Positions 47,057-57,671 of a DNA stretch of 64,000 nucleotides are shown piece after piece. The notes below the pieces were generated by a model, which was not told where the DNA came from, did no database searches, and saw only the letters and a list, made by a program, of their open reading frames with translations. The translations under genes and the position numbers were made by a program. Position 1 is the first letter of the stretch. Each line of letters opens with the position of its first letter. The stretch lies in the NCBI RefSeq assembly GCF_988243305.1, contig NZ_OZ547136.1; one strand, written 5' to 3'.

Positions 47057-47998
47057 TTATATTTTTAATGTTAGTGAATGATATTCACGAGAGTTCACGT
47101 TCGATGTGATGTAATCGGGGGCGTTAACACCAAGAATCGCAACGAGTAATCGGCAAATTAAAGCCTGCATTTGTTGTAATATGTCATCTCCATATTGATA
47201 ATTGTTAATAGTGGTAAAGCCAAGTGGTTGACCATGAAACATAGCTTCATGAAAGTTTTCATTGCGGATGTTTGTAATGTTTTTTTTACCTGTAACCCAT
47301 GATGGTCGTGGTATTCCATAAGTTTTGCAGATCCACTTCAAGCGCCTGGAGTGATTTAGAGTCTTTTCTGTACACTTGTTCTTTTCTGCCCATGTTAAAG
47401 CAAAGCAACTATCCAGTGCCATATAAAGATACTGGAATTTTTCGAAGCTAAGGTATTGTGGGTTTTGGGATAAAAATAGTGCATGCACTATTGCTGCTAT
47501 ATTTATTGGTGCGTGTTTGGTTTTTGTCTCGCTAGACATGTATTTGAGTGCTAATTCTATAACCTCTTTTTCAGAGCACTTGACCAGAATAAAGTCAGTT
47601 AATTTGCTGGGTTTTATTGGGGTTGCGTCTAAAAAACCGGCATCAGTAGTTGTTAATCTTATCCCTTTGAAAAAAGACAGACACCACACAGCAAAATTGA
47701 GAGTTTCTAGTGAAGATGTATTTTTTAATTTTAGTGAGTGTGTTTTGGGTAAGCCAAATACTCGTTGGCTAAAAGGCATTGTGGATATGCCTCCATTGAG
47801 GTTATATACTTCTTGGTTTCCTGGGTATATCCAACCGTTAATAACATTTCTGTGATTGTTTATAAGATTTGTTTTTTCCGCTAGACCGGGTAAAGTAAGT
47901 AAAGAAAAATCATCAGTTTCAACGTTAACTTCTACTGGATAGTATCCAAACTCAGCTTCAATATCATTGGATTGCTGTTCGTCAACTTTACCTTGCAT
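47057..47998 (-). CDS. Hypothetical protein, 313 aa, AT-rich, no recognised domain
   Basis: ORF with GGAG SD; transcribed from cos side toward gpA. Confidence 0.5.
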   Translation of the reverse strand: MQGKVDEQQSNDIEAEFGYYPVEVNVETDDFSLLTLPGLAEKTNLINNHRNVINGWIYPGNQEVYNLNGGISTMPFSQRVFGLPKTHSLKLKNTSSLETLNFAVWCLSFFKGIRLTTTDAGFLDATPIKPSKLTDFILVKCSEKEVIELALKYMSSETKTKHAPINIAAIVHALFLSQNPQYLSFEKFQYLYMALDSCFALTWAEKNKCTEKTLNHSRRLKWICKTYGIPRPSWVTGKKNITNIRNENFHEAMFHGQPLGFTTINNYQYGDDILQQMQALICRLLVAILGVNAPDYITSNVNSREYHSLTLKI

Positions 47999-48236
47999 AC
48001 ATTGCTCCGGTCAAAAATAGGCTCGATAATTCTCGTAAGCCTATCATGTTCGCAAAGTATCCATACCTGTGGATTTTGTAAATTTAAGTTGATTTGTCAT
48101 TAAATAAGCCGTTGCATGCAACAAGTGAATGTTTTTGCATGCGTCGGGGATGTCCGTTCAGGCTGCGTGCGGTCAGGACTGGTGCGGATCCATAGTATCT
48201 ATGCAACTGCATTAAAACCGCCCCATGAAGCGGGCG

Positions 48237-48255
48237 GGCGAGGCGGGGAAAGCAC
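48237..48255. other. P2-type cos site (19-nt cohesive end GGCGAGGCGGGGAAAGCAC)
   Basis: Exact 19-mer as recalled for P2 cos, in GC-rich region upstream of Q. Confidence 0.65.
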
Positions 48256-48424
48256 TGCGCGCTGGCGGTGGTGCTGATTTTATTTTTTCAGCGTCTCAGC
48301 GCGTCGTGACGGCGTTTGGATTGTGCGCCGGGGCGTTGGTGTGTCTGTGGGGTGTTTTGTGCGGTGGTGAGCGTGTGAGGGCGTGATGACGGGGTGTAAA
48401 AAAGCCGCCCGCAGGCGGCGATGT

Positions 48425-49459
48425 TCAGCCGTTGTCGGTGTCCAGTGAGTAGTTTTTAAAGCGGATGACCTCCTGACCGAGCCAGCCGTTTATCTCGCGG
48501 ATCCTGTCCTGTAACGGGATAAGCTCATTGCGGACAAAGACCTTTGCCACTTTCTCAATATCACCCAGCGACCCGACGTTCTCCGGCTTGCCGCCCATCA
48601 ACTGAAAAGGGATGCGGTGCGCGTCCAGCAGGTCTGCGGCGCTGGCTTTTTTGATATTAAAAAAATCGTCCTTCGTTGCCACTTCACTGAGCGGGATAAT
48701 TTTAATGCCGTCGGCTTTCCCTTGCGGGGCATAGAGAAACAGATTTTTAAAGTTGTTGCGGCCTTTCGACTTCACCATGTTTTCGCGGAGCATTTCGATA
48801 TCGTTGCGATCCTGCACGGCATCAGTGACGTACATGATGTATCCGGCATGTGCGCCGTTTTCGTAATACTTGCGGCGGAACAGCGTGGCCGACTCATTCA
48901 GCCAGGCAGAGTTAAGGGCGCTGAGATATTCCGGCAGGCCATACAGCTCCTGATTAATATCCGGCTCCAGCAGGTGAAACACGGAGCCGGGCGCGAAAGG
49001 TGTCGGCTCATGGAAGGACGGCACCCACCAGTAAACATCCTCTTCCACGCCACGGCGGGTATATTTTGCCGGTGAGGTTTCCAGTCTGATGACCTTACCG
49101 GTGGTGCTGTAACGCTTTTCCAGAAACGCATTACCGAACACCAGAAAATCCAGCACAAAGCGGCTGAAATCCTGCTGGGAAAGCCACGGGTGCGGAATAA
49201 ACGTTGAAGCCAGAATATTACGTTTGACGTAAATCGGTGAGCTGTGATGTACGGCAGCACGCAGGCTTTTTGCCAGACCGGTAAAGCTGACCGGTGGCTC
49301 ATACCATCTGCCGTTACTGATGCACTCGACGTAATCCAGAATGTCACGGCGGTCGAGTACCGGCACCGGTTCACCAAAGGTGAATGCCTCCATTTTCGGG
49401 GCGCTGGCGGTCATTTTTTTTGCCGCAGGTTGCGGTGTTTTCCCTTTTTTCTTGCTCAT
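48425..49459 (-). CDS. Q: Portal protein gpQ
   Basis: 344 aa P2 Q-like. Confidence 0.9.
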   Translation of the reverse strand: MSKKKGKTPQPAAKKMTASAPKMEAFTFGEPVPVLDRRDILDYVECISNGRWYEPPVSFTGLAKSLRAAVHHSSPIYVKRNILASTFIPHPWLSQQDFSRFVLDFLVFGNAFLEKRYSTTGKVIRLETSPAKYTRRGVEEDVYWWVPSFHEPTPFAPGSVFHLLEPDINQELYGLPEYLSALNSAWLNESATLFRRKYYENGAHAGYIMYVTDAVQDRNDIEMLRENMVKSKGRNNFKNLFLYAPQGKADGIKIIPLSEVATKDDFFNIKKASAADLLDAHRIPFQLMGGKPENVGSLGDIEKVAKVFVRNELIPLQDRIREINGWLGQEVIRFKNYSLDTDNG

Positions 49460-51231
49460 TAGTAAAACTCCAGAATGGTGGATGTCAGCGGGGTGCTGAT
49501 ACCGGCGGTGAGTGGCTCATTTAACAGGGCGTGCATGGTCGCCCAGGCGAGATCGGCGTGGCTGGCTTCCTCGCTGCGGCTGGCCTCATAGGTGGCGCTG
49601 CGTCCGCTGCTGGTCATGGTCTTGCGGATAGCCATAAACGAGCTGGTGATGTCGGTGGCGCTGACGTCATATTCCAGACAGCCACGGCGAATAACGTCTT
49701 TTGCCTTGAGCACCATTGCGGTTTTCATTTCCGGCGTGTAGCGGATATCGCGTGCGGCGGGATAGAACGAGCGAACGAGCTGGAACACGCCGACACCGAG
49801 GCCGGTGGCATCAATTCCGATGTATTCGACGTTGTATTTTTCGGTGAGTTTGCGGATGGATTCAGCCTGGGTGGCAAAGTCCATGCCTTTCCACTGGTGA
49901 CGCTCAAGTATTCTGAATTTGCCACCGGCCACCACCGGCGGTGCCAGCACCACGCATCCGGCACTGTCGCCACGGTGTGACGGGTCGTAACCAATCCAGA
50001 CCGGGCGGGAGCCGAACGGATTCGCGGCAAACGGCGCATAGTCTTCCCATTCTTCCAGCGTGTCGACCATGCAGCGTTGCAGCTCCTCGAACGGGAACAC
50101 CGACGCCTTGTCGTCAACAAATTCACACATGAACAGGTTTTTAAAATCGTCGGCGCTGTTTTCGCGTTTAAGCTGCTCAATGTCGAACAGCGTGCAGCCA
50201 CCTTTCAGGGCGTCCTCAATGGTGACAATCTGCCGCCACTGACCGTCCGCACAGAGAAGCCCACCGGCAAGAGCGTTATGACTGACGTCGATTTCCACGC
50301 GTTCGGCGGCGCTGGCGCGTCCCCGGTTGAACAGTTCACCCGACCAGAACGGGTAGGCGTCGTGCGCCAGCGTGGACGGGGTGGAGAAATAGGTCGAGCG
50401 CAGGTGACTCTGTGAGGCCATACCTGATGCCACCTTACGCAGTACCTGAAAATTCGGTATCCAGAAAATCTCGTCGACGTACAGGTCGCCGTTATGGCTC
50501 TGCGCGGTGTTGGAGTTGGTGCCGAGAAAAATCAGTTTTGCGCCGTTATTGCCCAGGACAATTGGGTCACCGGTCAGGTCAACGTCAACCAGCCGGGCAA
50601 AGGCGATGATGTATTCGCGGAACACATACGCCTGCGTTTTACTGGCCGACAGAAAAATCTGGTTATGACCGGTTTTCAGGGCGCGCAGCAGCGCCTCGCG
50701 GGAAAAATAAAACGTCGCGCCAATCTGGCGGGATTTCAGGATATCGCGGATGCGGTGCTCAAGCCCTGCGCGATACCAGTGCAACTGATATTCGAAAGAC
50801 TGCTCAAAGAAAATCTGCTCCAGCTTTTCGATGGCCTCGTCACTGAAAAAATTCTTTTTCGGTTTGCGACGCCCGCCTTTGTTGCGGTTAGCGACGTTCG
50901 GATTAAAGTCTGCCTCGTTGCCGGTCTGACTGTAACGGTTGACCCGTGCCAGTCGTTCAATCTGGCGTCCGAGCAGGTCAATTTCCTTGAAGTCACCGCC
51001 GGTTTTCTGCGGTTTGATGATGAGCTGGGTCAGCCGCGCTTCCAGACTCATTTCGACACGGCTGATGGGGGCAACGCTGTCCCAGCCGTCGCGCTGTTTC
51101 CAGCTCTGCACCGTCGGGCGTTTCATCTGCAACATGGCGGCAATCTGCGGCACGGAAAATCCCTGCCAGTACAGCAGCGCCGCCTGACGACGCGGGTCGT
51201 GTAAAAGAGTGGTGTCTGTGGTGATGGTCAT
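49459..51231 (-). CDS. P: Terminase large subunit gpP
   Basis: From MTITTDTTLLHDPRRQAALLYW…; ORF-track start at 51261 is an upstream extension. Confidence 0.9.
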   Translation of the reverse strand: MTITTDTTLLHDPRRQAALLYWQGFSVPQIAAMLQMKRPTVQSWKQRDGWDSVAPISRVEMSLEARLTQLIIKPQKTGGDFKEIDLLGRQIERLARVNRYSQTGNEADFNPNVANRNKGGRRKPKKNFFSDEAIEKLEQIFFEQSFEYQLHWYRAGLEHRIRDILKSRQIGATFYFSREALLRALKTGHNQIFLSASKTQAYVFREYIIAFARLVDVDLTGDPIVLGNNGAKLIFLGTNSNTAQSHNGDLYVDEIFWIPNFQVLRKVASGMASQSHLRSTYFSTPSTLAHDAYPFWSGELFNRGRASAAERVEIDVSHNALAGGLLCADGQWRQIVTIEDALKGGCTLFDIEQLKRENSADDFKNLFMCEFVDDKASVFPFEELQRCMVDTLEEWEDYAPFAANPFGSRPVWIGYDPSHRGDSAGCVVLAPPVVAGGKFRILERHQWKGMDFATQAESIRKLTEKYNVEYIGIDATGLGVGVFQLVRSFYPAARDIRYTPEMKTAMVLKAKDVIRRGCLEYDVSATDITSSFMAIRKTMTSSGRSATYEASRSEEASHADLAWATMHALLNEPLTAGISTPLTSTILEFY

Positions 51232-51404
51232 GAATACCTCGCCGTGATGAATACACGGCAAGGCTACTGAGTCGCGCCCCGCGATTCGCTAAGGTGCTGT
51301 TGTGTCAGTGATAAGCCATCCGGGACTGATGGCGGAGGATGCGCATCGTCGGGAAACTGATGCCGACATGTGACTCCTCTAATCACTATTCAGGACTCCT
51401 GACA

Positions 51405-52259
51405 ATGGCAAAAAAAGTCTCAAAATTCTTTCGTATCGGCGTAGAGGGTGACACCTGTGACGGGCGTGTCATCAGTGCGCAGGATATTCAGGAAATGGCC
51501 GAAACCTTTGACCCGCGAGTCTATGGTTGCCGCATTAACCTGGAACATCTGCGCGGCATCCTGCCTGACGGTATTTTTAAGCGTTATGGCGATGTGGCCG
51601 AACTGAAGGCCGAAAAGATTGACGATGATTCGGCGCTGAAAGGCAAATGGGCGCTGTTTGCGAAAATCACCCCGACCGATGACCTTATCGCGATGAACAA
51701 GGCCGCGCAGAAGGTCTATACCTCAATGGAAATTCAGCCGAACTTTGCCAATACCGGCAAATGTTATCTGGTGGGTCTGGCCGTCACCGATGACCCGGCA
51801 AGCCTCGGCACGGAATACCTGGAATTCTGCCGCACGGCAAAACACAACCCCCTGAACCGCTTCAAATTAAGCCCTGAAAACCTGATTTCAGTGGCAACGC
51901 CCGTTGAGCTGGAATTTGAAGACCTGCCTGAAACCGTGTTCACCGCCCTGACCGAAAAGGTGAAGTCCATTTTTGGCCGCAAACAGGCCAGCGATGACGC
52001 CCGTCTGAATGACGTGCATGAAGCGGTGACCGCTGTTGCTGAACATGTGCAGGAAAAACTGAGCGCCACTGAGCAGCGCCTCGCTGAGATGGAAACCGCT
52101 TTTTCCGCACTTAAGCAGGATGTGACTGACAGGGCGGATGAAACCAGCCAGGCATTCACCCGCCTGAAAAACAGTCTCGACCACACCGAAAGTCTGACCC
52201 AGCAGCGCCGCAGCAAGGCCACCGGTGGTGGCGGTGACGCCCTGATGACGAACTGCTGA
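51405..52259 (+). CDS. O: Capsid scaffolding protein gpO
   Basis: From MAKKVSKFFRIGVEGDTCDGRVISAQD. Confidence 0.9.
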   Translation: MAKKVSKFFRIGVEGDTCDGRVISAQDIQEMAETFDPRVYGCRINLEHLRGILPDGIFKRYGDVAELKAEKIDDDSALKGKWALFAKITPTDDLIAMNKAAQKVYTSMEIQPNFANTGKCYLVGLAVTDDPASLGTEYLEFCRTAKHNPLNRFKLSPENLISVATPVELEFEDLPETVFTALTEKVKSIFGRKQASDDARLNDVHEAVTAVAEHVQEKLSATEQRLAEMETAFSALKQDVTDRADETSQAFTRLKNSLDHTESLTQQRRSKATGGGGDALMTNC

Positions 52260-52317
52260 CCGGCGTCAGTCAGTCCGGGAAAACCTTCACGATTAACCCT
52301 TAATTTCAGGAAAAACT

Positions 52318-53391
52318 ATGCGCCAGGAAACCCGCTTTAAATTTAATGCCTACCTGTCCCGTGTTGCCGAACTGAACGGCATCGACGCCGGTGATGTGTC
52401 GAAAAAATTCACCGTTGAACCGTCGGTCACCCAGACCCTGATGAACACCATGCAGGAGTCCTCTGACTTTCTGACCCGCATCAACATTGTGCCGGTCAGC
52501 GAAATGAAAGGGGAAAAAATTGGCATCGGTGTCACCGGCTCCATCGCCAGCACCACCGACACCGCCGGTGGCACCGAGCGTCAGCCGAAGGACTTCTCGA
52601 AGCTGGCGTCAAACAAGTACGAATGCGACCAGATTAACTTCGATTTTTATATCCGCTACAAAACGCTGGACCTGTGGGCGCGTTATCAGGATTTCCAGCT
52701 CCGTGTCCGTAACGCCATTATCAAACGCCAGTCCCTTGATTTAATCATGGCCGGTTTTAACGGCGTGAGGCGTGCCGAAACCTCTGACCGCAGCAGCAAT
52801 CCGATGCTGCAGGATGTGGCGGTCGGCTGGCTGCAGAAATACCGCAATGAAGCCCCGGCGCGCGTGATGAGCAAGGTCACTGACGAGGAAGGACACACCA
52901 CCTCTGAGGTTATCCGCGTGGGTAAGGGCGGTGATTATGCCAGCCTTGACGCACTGGTGATGGATGCGACCAACAACCTGATTGAGCCGTGGTATCAGGA
53001 AGACCCTGACCTTGTGGTGATTGTGGGACGTCAGCTACTGGCGGACAAGTATTTTCCCATCGTCAACAAGGAGCAGGACAACAGCGAAATGCTGGCCGCT
53101 GACGTCATCATCAGCCAGAAACGCATCGGTAACCTGCCGGCGGTACGCGTCCCGTACTTTCCGGCGGATGCGATGCTCATCACAAAGCTGGAAAACCTGT
53201 CCATCTACTACATGGATGACAGCCATCGCCGCGTGATTGAGGAAAACCCGAAACTCGACCGCGTGGAGAACTACGAGTCAATGAACATTGATTACGTGGT
53301 GGAAGACTACGCCGCCGGTTGTCTGGTGGAAAAAATTAAGGTCGGTGATTTCTCCACACTGGCTAAAGCGACCGCAGAGCCGGGAGCGTAA
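52318..53391 (+). CDS. N: Major capsid protein gpN
   Basis: 357 aa P2 N-like. Confidence 0.9.
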   Translation: MRQETRFKFNAYLSRVAELNGIDAGDVSKKFTVEPSVTQTLMNTMQESSDFLTRINIVPVSEMKGEKIGIGVTGSIASTTDTAGGTERQPKDFSKLASNKYECDQINFDFYIRYKTLDLWARYQDFQLRVRNAIIKRQSLDLIMAGFNGVRRAETSDRSSNPMLQDVAVGWLQKYRNEAPARVMSKVTDEEGHTTSEVIRVGKGGDYASLDALVMDATNNLIEPWYQEDPDLVVIVGRQLLADKYFPIVNKEQDNSEMLAADVIISQKRIGNLPAVRVPYFPADAMLITKLENLSIYYMDDSHRRVIEENPKLDRVENYESMNIDYVVEDYAAGCLVEKIKVGDFSTLAKATAEPGA

Positions 53392-53394
53392 CCG

Positions 53395-54138
53395 ATGACG
53401 AGTCCCGCACAGCGCCACATGATGCGGGTCTCGGCAGCGATGACCGCGCAGCGGGAAGCCGCCCCGCTGCGACATGCAACTGTCTATGAGCAGATGCTGG
53501 TTAAGCTCGCCGCAGACCAGCGCACACTGAAAGCGATTTATTCAAAAGAGCTGAAGGCCGCGAAAAAACGCGAACTGCTGCCGTTCTGGTTGCCGTGGGT
53601 GAACGGCGTGCTGGAGCAGGGCAAAGGTGCACAGGATGACATTCTGATGACGGTCATGCTGTGGCGTCTGGATACCGGCGATATTGCCGGTGCGCTGGAG
53701 ATTGCCCGTTATGCCCTGAAGTACGGTCTGACCATGCCGGGTAAACACCGCCGTACCCCGCCGTACATGTTCACCGAGGAGGTAGCGCTCGCGGCCATGC
53801 GCGCTCACGCTGCCGGTGAGTCTGTGGATACCCGCCTGCTGACGGAGACCCTTGAACTGACCGCCACGGCTGACATGCCTGATGAAGTGCGCGCAAAGCT
53901 GCACAAAATCACCGGTCTGTTTCTGCGTGACGGTGGTGATGCCGCCGGTGCGCTGGCGCACCTGCAACGTGCGACACAGCTCGACTGTCAGGCAGGCGTC
54001 AAAAAAGAGATTGAACGACTGGAGCGGGAGCTGAAACCGAAGCCGGAGCCGCAGCCAAAAGCGGTCACCCGCGCCCTGCGTAAGACCCGGAGCGTGACAC
54101 CGGCAAAACGTGGACGCCCGAAAAAGAAAGCCAGTTAA
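53395..54138 (+). CDS. M: Terminase small (endonuclease) subunit gpM
   Basis: 247 aa P2 M-like. Confidence 0.85.
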   Translation: MTSPAQRHMMRVSAAMTAQREAAPLRHATVYEQMLVKLAADQRTLKAIYSKELKAAKKRELLPFWLPWVNGVLEQGKGAQDDILMTVMLWRLDTGDIAGALEIARYALKYGLTMPGKHRRTPPYMFTEEVALAAMRAHAAGESVDTRLLTETLELTATADMPDEVRAKLHKITGLFLRDGGDAAGALAHLQRATQLDCQAGVKKEIERLERELKPKPEPQPKAVTRALRKTRSVTPAKRGRPKKKAS

Positions 54139-54237
54139 CAACCGAATGCGCCCCGCGCCAGGGCGGCACGCCGGTCAGTGAGGGTGAATCACCTGACACT
54201 GCACCGGCGTCCACCGCCCGACTTTTCAGAGGTAGTC

Positions 54238-54747
54238 ATGATGACGCTGATTATTCCGCGAAAGGAGGCTCCCGTGTCCGGTGAGGGTACGGTGGTCATC
54301 CCGCAACCGGCAGGCGACGAGCCGGTGATTAAAAACACGTTCTTTTTTCCCGATATCGACCCGAAGCGCGTCCGGGAACGTATGCGCCTTGAGCAGACCG
54401 TCGCCCCCGCCCGTCTGCGTGAGGCCATCAAGTCAGGCATGGCGGAGACGAATGCGGAGCTGTACGAGTACCGCGAACAGAAAATTGCTGCCGGTTTTAC
54501 GCGTCTGGCGGACGTCCCGGCGGACGACATCGACGGTGAAAGCATCAAAGTTTTTTACTACGAGCGCGCCGTGTGTGCGATGGCGACCGCATCGCTTTAT
54601 GAGCGTTATCGCGGCGTGGATGCCAGTGCGAAAGGCGACAAGAAGGCCGACAGCATTGACAGCACCATTGATGAGCTGTGGCGGGATATGCGCTGGGCGG
54701 TGGCGCGTATCCAGGACAAGCCGCGCTGCATCGTGAGTCAAATCTGA
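54238..54747 (+). CDS. L: Head completion protein gpL
   Basis: From MMTLIIPRKEAPVSGEG. Confidence 0.85.
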   Translation: MMTLIIPRKEAPVSGEGTVVIPQPAGDEPVIKNTFFFPDIDPKRVRERMRLEQTVAPARLREAIKSGMAETNAELYEYREQKIAAGFTRLADVPADDIDGESIKVFYYERAVCAMATASLYERYRGVDASAKGDKKADSIDSTIDELWRDMRWAVARIQDKPRCIVSQI

Positions 54748-54950
54748 TGAAGACCTTTGCGCTACAGGGCGACACGCTCGACGCCATCTGTGTCCGGTAT
54801 TACGGGCGCACTGAGGGCGTGGTTGAGACCGTGCTCGCCGCAAATCCGGGACTGGCTGAACTGGGCGCGGTGCTGCCGCACGGCACCGCCGTCGAACTGC
54901 CCGACGTTCAGACCGCGCCCGTGGCTGAAACTGTCAATCTGTGGGAGTAA
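54747..54950 (+). CDS. X: Tail protein gpX (LysM-like)
   Basis: 67 aa from MKTFALQGDTLDAICVRYYG. Confidence 0.8.
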   Translation: MKTFALQGDTLDAICVRYYGRTEGVVETVLAANPGLAELGAVLPHGTAVELPDVQTAPVAETVNLWE

Positions 54951-54953
54951 CGC

Positions 54954-55235
54954 ATGACAGCAGAAGAAAAAAGCGTCCTGTCGCTTTTCATGATTGGGGT
55001 GCTGATTGTTGTCGGCAAGGTGCTTGCCGGTGGTGAACCCATCACCCCGCGTCTGTTTATCGGGCGCATGTTGCTCGGTGGTTTTGTCTCGATGGTTGCC
55101 GGTGTTGTTCTGGTGCAGTTTCCTGACCTGTCACTGCCTGCGGTGTGCGGCATCGGCTCCATGCTGGGTATCGCCGGTTATCAGGTGATTGAGATTGCCA
55201 TTCAGCGCCGCTTTAAGGGCAGGGGGAAACCGTAA
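54954..55235 (+). CDS. Y: Holin gpY
   Basis: 93 aa with TM segments. Confidence 0.85.
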   Translation: MTAEEKSVLSLFMIGVLIVVGKVLAGGEPITPRLFIGRMLLGGFVSMVAGVVLVQFPDLSLPAVCGIGSMLGIAGYQVIEIAIQRRFKGRGKP

Positions 55236-55732
55236 TGCCGGTTATTAACACGCATCAGAATATCGCCGCCTTTCTCGACATGCTGGCCGTGTCCGAAGGG
55301 ACGGCAAACCATCCGCTGACGAAAAACCGGGGCTATGACGTGATAGTCACCGGACTGGACGGGAAGCCGGAAATTTTCACCGACTACAGTGACCACCCGT
55401 TCGCACATGGCCGACCGGCGAAGGTGTTTAACCGTCGCGGTGAAAAATCCACGGCCTCCGGTCGCTATCAGCAGCTTTACCTGTTCTGGCCGCATTACCG
55501 CAAACAGCTTGCCCTGCCGGATTTCAGTCCGTTGTCACAGGACAGACTTGCCATTCAGTTGATCCGCGAACGCGGTGCACTGGATGACATCCGGGCGGGA
55601 CGCATTGAGCGCGCCATTTCACGCTGTCGCAATATCTGGGCGTCCCTGCCGGGTGCCGGTTACGGTCAGCGTGAGCATTCACTGGAAAAACTGGTCACCG
55701 TCTGGCGTACCGCTGGCGGCGTACCGGCTTAA
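55235..55732 (+). CDS. K: Endolysin gpK (lysozyme)
   Basis: 165 aa P2 K-like. Confidence 0.85.
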   Translation: MPVINTHQNIAAFLDMLAVSEGTANHPLTKNRGYDVIVTGLDGKPEIFTDYSDHPFAHGRPAKVFNRRGEKSTASGRYQQLYLFWPHYRKQLALPDFSPLSQDRLAIQLIRERGALDDIRAGRIERAISRCRNIWASLPGAGYGQREHSLEKLVTVWRTAGGVPA

Positions 55733-55746
55733 ACGGAGTAAACACC

Positions 55747-56172
55747 ATGAAGAAATTATCCCTTTCACTGATGCTGAACGTGTCGCTGGCGCTGATGCTG
55801 GCACTGTCCCTGATTTACCCGCAGAGCGTGGCCGTCAATTTTGTCGCCGCCTGGGCGATTCTGGCGACGGTTATCTGTGTGGTTGCCGGTGGTGTCGGCG
55901 TGTATGCCACTGAGTATGTGCTGGAACGCTACGGGCGGGAGCTGCCGCCGGAATCGCTGGCCGTGAAGATTGTCGCGTCGCTGTTTTTGCAGCCGGTGCC
56001 GTGGCGCAGACGGGCGGCGGCTCTGGTGGTGATGGTGGCGACGTTTATCTCGCTGGTCGCTGCCGGGTGGATTTTTACCGCGCTGATTTACCTCGTGGCG
56101 TCGGTGTTCTTCCGGTTGATACGCACGGCCTGTCGTCAGCGTTTTGAGGGGCGGGAACCATGTCAAAGCTGA
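55747..56172 (+). CDS. lysA: Lysis accessory membrane protein LysA
   Basis: 141 aa hydrophobic. Confidence 0.75.
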   Translation: MKKLSLSLMLNVSLALMLALSLIYPQSVAVNFVAAWAILATVICVVAGGVGVYATEYVLERYGRELPPESLAVKIVASLFLQPVPWRRRAAALVVMVATFISLVAAGWIFTALIYLVASVFFRLIRTACRQRFEGREPCQS

Positions 56173-56585
56173 TGATTGTGCTGGTTGTGTTGTTATCACT
56201 GGCGGTGGCCGGTCTGTTTCTGGCGAAGCATGAAAACGCCAGCCTGCGCACCTCGCTGGACAGGGCGAACAACGTCGCCAGCGGGCAGCAGACGACCATC
56301 ACCATGCTGCAAAATCAGCTTCATGTTGCCATCACCAGGGCAGACAAAAACGAGCTGGCGCAGGTGGCACTGCGTCAGGAACTGGAGAACGCCGCGAAGC
56401 GTGAAGCACAGCGCGAGAAAACCATCACGAGGTTACTTAATGAAAACGAAGATTTTCGCCGCTGGTACGGTGCTGACCTGCCTGATGCTGTGCGCCGGTT
56501 GCACCAGCGCCCCGCCTGCACTGACGCCAGTGATTGTCGCCAACGCCTGCCCGAAAGTGAGCCTTTGCCCGATGCCGGGCAGTGA
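56160..56585 (+). CDS. lysB: Spanin inner-membrane subunit LysB (Rz-like)
   Basis: 141 aa, N-terminal TM. Confidence 0.75.
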   Translation: MSKLMIVLVVLLSLAVAGLFLAKHENASLRTSLDRANNVASGQQTTITMLQNQLHVAITRADKNELAQVALRQELENAAKREAQREKTITRLLNENEDFRRWYGADLPDAVRRLHQRPACTDASDCRQRLPESEPLPDAGQ

Positions 56586-56730
56586 CCCGCAGACGAACGG
56601 CGATTTAAGTGCCGATATCCGGCAGCTTGAGAACGCGCTGGCACGCTGTGCCAGCCAGGTAAAAATGATTAAACACTGTCAGGACGAAAACGATGCTCAA
56701 ACCCGACAGCCTGCGCAGGGCGCTGACTGA
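56440..56730 (+). CDS. lysC: Spanin outer-membrane lipoprotein LysC (Rz1-like), embedded in +1 frame of lysB
   Basis: MKTKIFAAGTVLTCLMLCAGCTSAPP: lipobox LCAGC, Pro-rich. Confidence 0.65.
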   Translation: MKTKIFAAGTVLTCLMLCAGCTSAPPALTPVIVANACPKVSLCPMPGSDPQTNGDLSADIRQLENALARCASQVKMIKHCQDENDAQTRQPAQGAD

Positions 56731-57160
56731 TGCCGTCACGGTGCTGAAAACTAACCCCGATATGTTGCGGATATTCGTGGATAACGGGAGTATTGCCTCC
56801 ACGCTGGCGACGTCGCTGTCATTCGAAAAACGTTACACGCTCAATGTGATTGTGACCGACTTTACCGGTGATTTTGACCTGCTCATCGTGCCGGTGCTGG
56901 CGTGGCTGCGGGAAAATCAGCCCGACATCATGACCACCGACGAAGGCCAGAAAAAGGGCTTCACGTTTTATGCGGACATCAACAATGACAGCAGCTTTGA
57001 TATCAGCATCAGCCTGATGCTGACCGAGCGCACGCTGGTCAGTGAGGTGGACGGCGCGCTGCATGTGAAGAATATCCCGGAACCCCCGCCGCCGGAGCCG
57101 GTCACCCGCCCGATGGAGCTTTATATCAATGGTGAACTGGTGAGTAAGTGGGATGAATGA
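56693..57160 (+). CDS. R: Tail completion protein gpR
   Basis: 155 aa P2 R-like. Confidence 0.8.
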   Translation: MLKPDSLRRALTDAVTVLKTNPDMLRIFVDNGSIASTLATSLSFEKRYTLNVIVTDFTGDFDLLIVPVLAWLRENQPDIMTTDEGQKKGFTFYADINNDSSFDISISLMLTERTLVSEVDGALHVKNIPEPPPPEPVTRPMELYINGELVSKWDE

Positions 57161-57605
57161 GTTTAAGCGTTTTGAAGACCGGCTGACCGGACTGATTGAG
57201 TCGCTGTCACCGTCAGGGCGTCGGCGACTGAGCGCCGAACTGGCGAAACGTCTGCGTCAGAGTCAGCAGCGCCGGGTGATGGCACAGAAAGCCCCGGACG
57301 GCACACCCTACGCACCACGCCAGCAGCAGAGCGCCAGAAAAAAGACCGGTCGCGTTAAGCGAAAAATGTTTGCGAAACTTATCACCAGTCGTTTTTTGCA
57401 TATCCGCGCCAGCCCGGAGCAGGCATCAATGGAGTTTTACGGCGGGAAGTCGCCGAAAATCGCCAGTGTGCATCAGTTCGGTCTGTCGGAAGAAAACCGG
57501 AAAGACGGTAAGAAAATTGATTATCCGGCGCGTCCTCTGCTCGGCTTTACCGGTGAGGATGTGCAGATGATTGAAGAGATTATCCTGGCTCACCTCGACC
57601 GTTAG
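57153..57605 (+). CDS. S: Tail completion protein gpS
   Basis: 150 aa P2 S-like. Confidence 0.8.
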   Translation: MNEFKRFEDRLTGLIESLSPSGRRRLSAELAKRLRQSQQRRVMAQKAPDGTPYAPRQQQSARKKTGRVKRKMFAKLITSRFLHIRASPEQASMEFYGGKSPKIASVHQFGLSEENRKDGKKIDYPARPLLGFTGEDVQMIEEIILAHLDR

Positions 57606-57671
57606 TTGTGCCATTCCCGACACCTCATCGTCACATTGCCGCCGGTATGACCCGGCGGCATCCTTCCCGTT

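Noticed and set aside
50494-51204. 236-aa + strand ORF and several others inside gpP/gpQ
   Set aside because: Antisense to well-supported terminase/portal genes; shadow ORFs.
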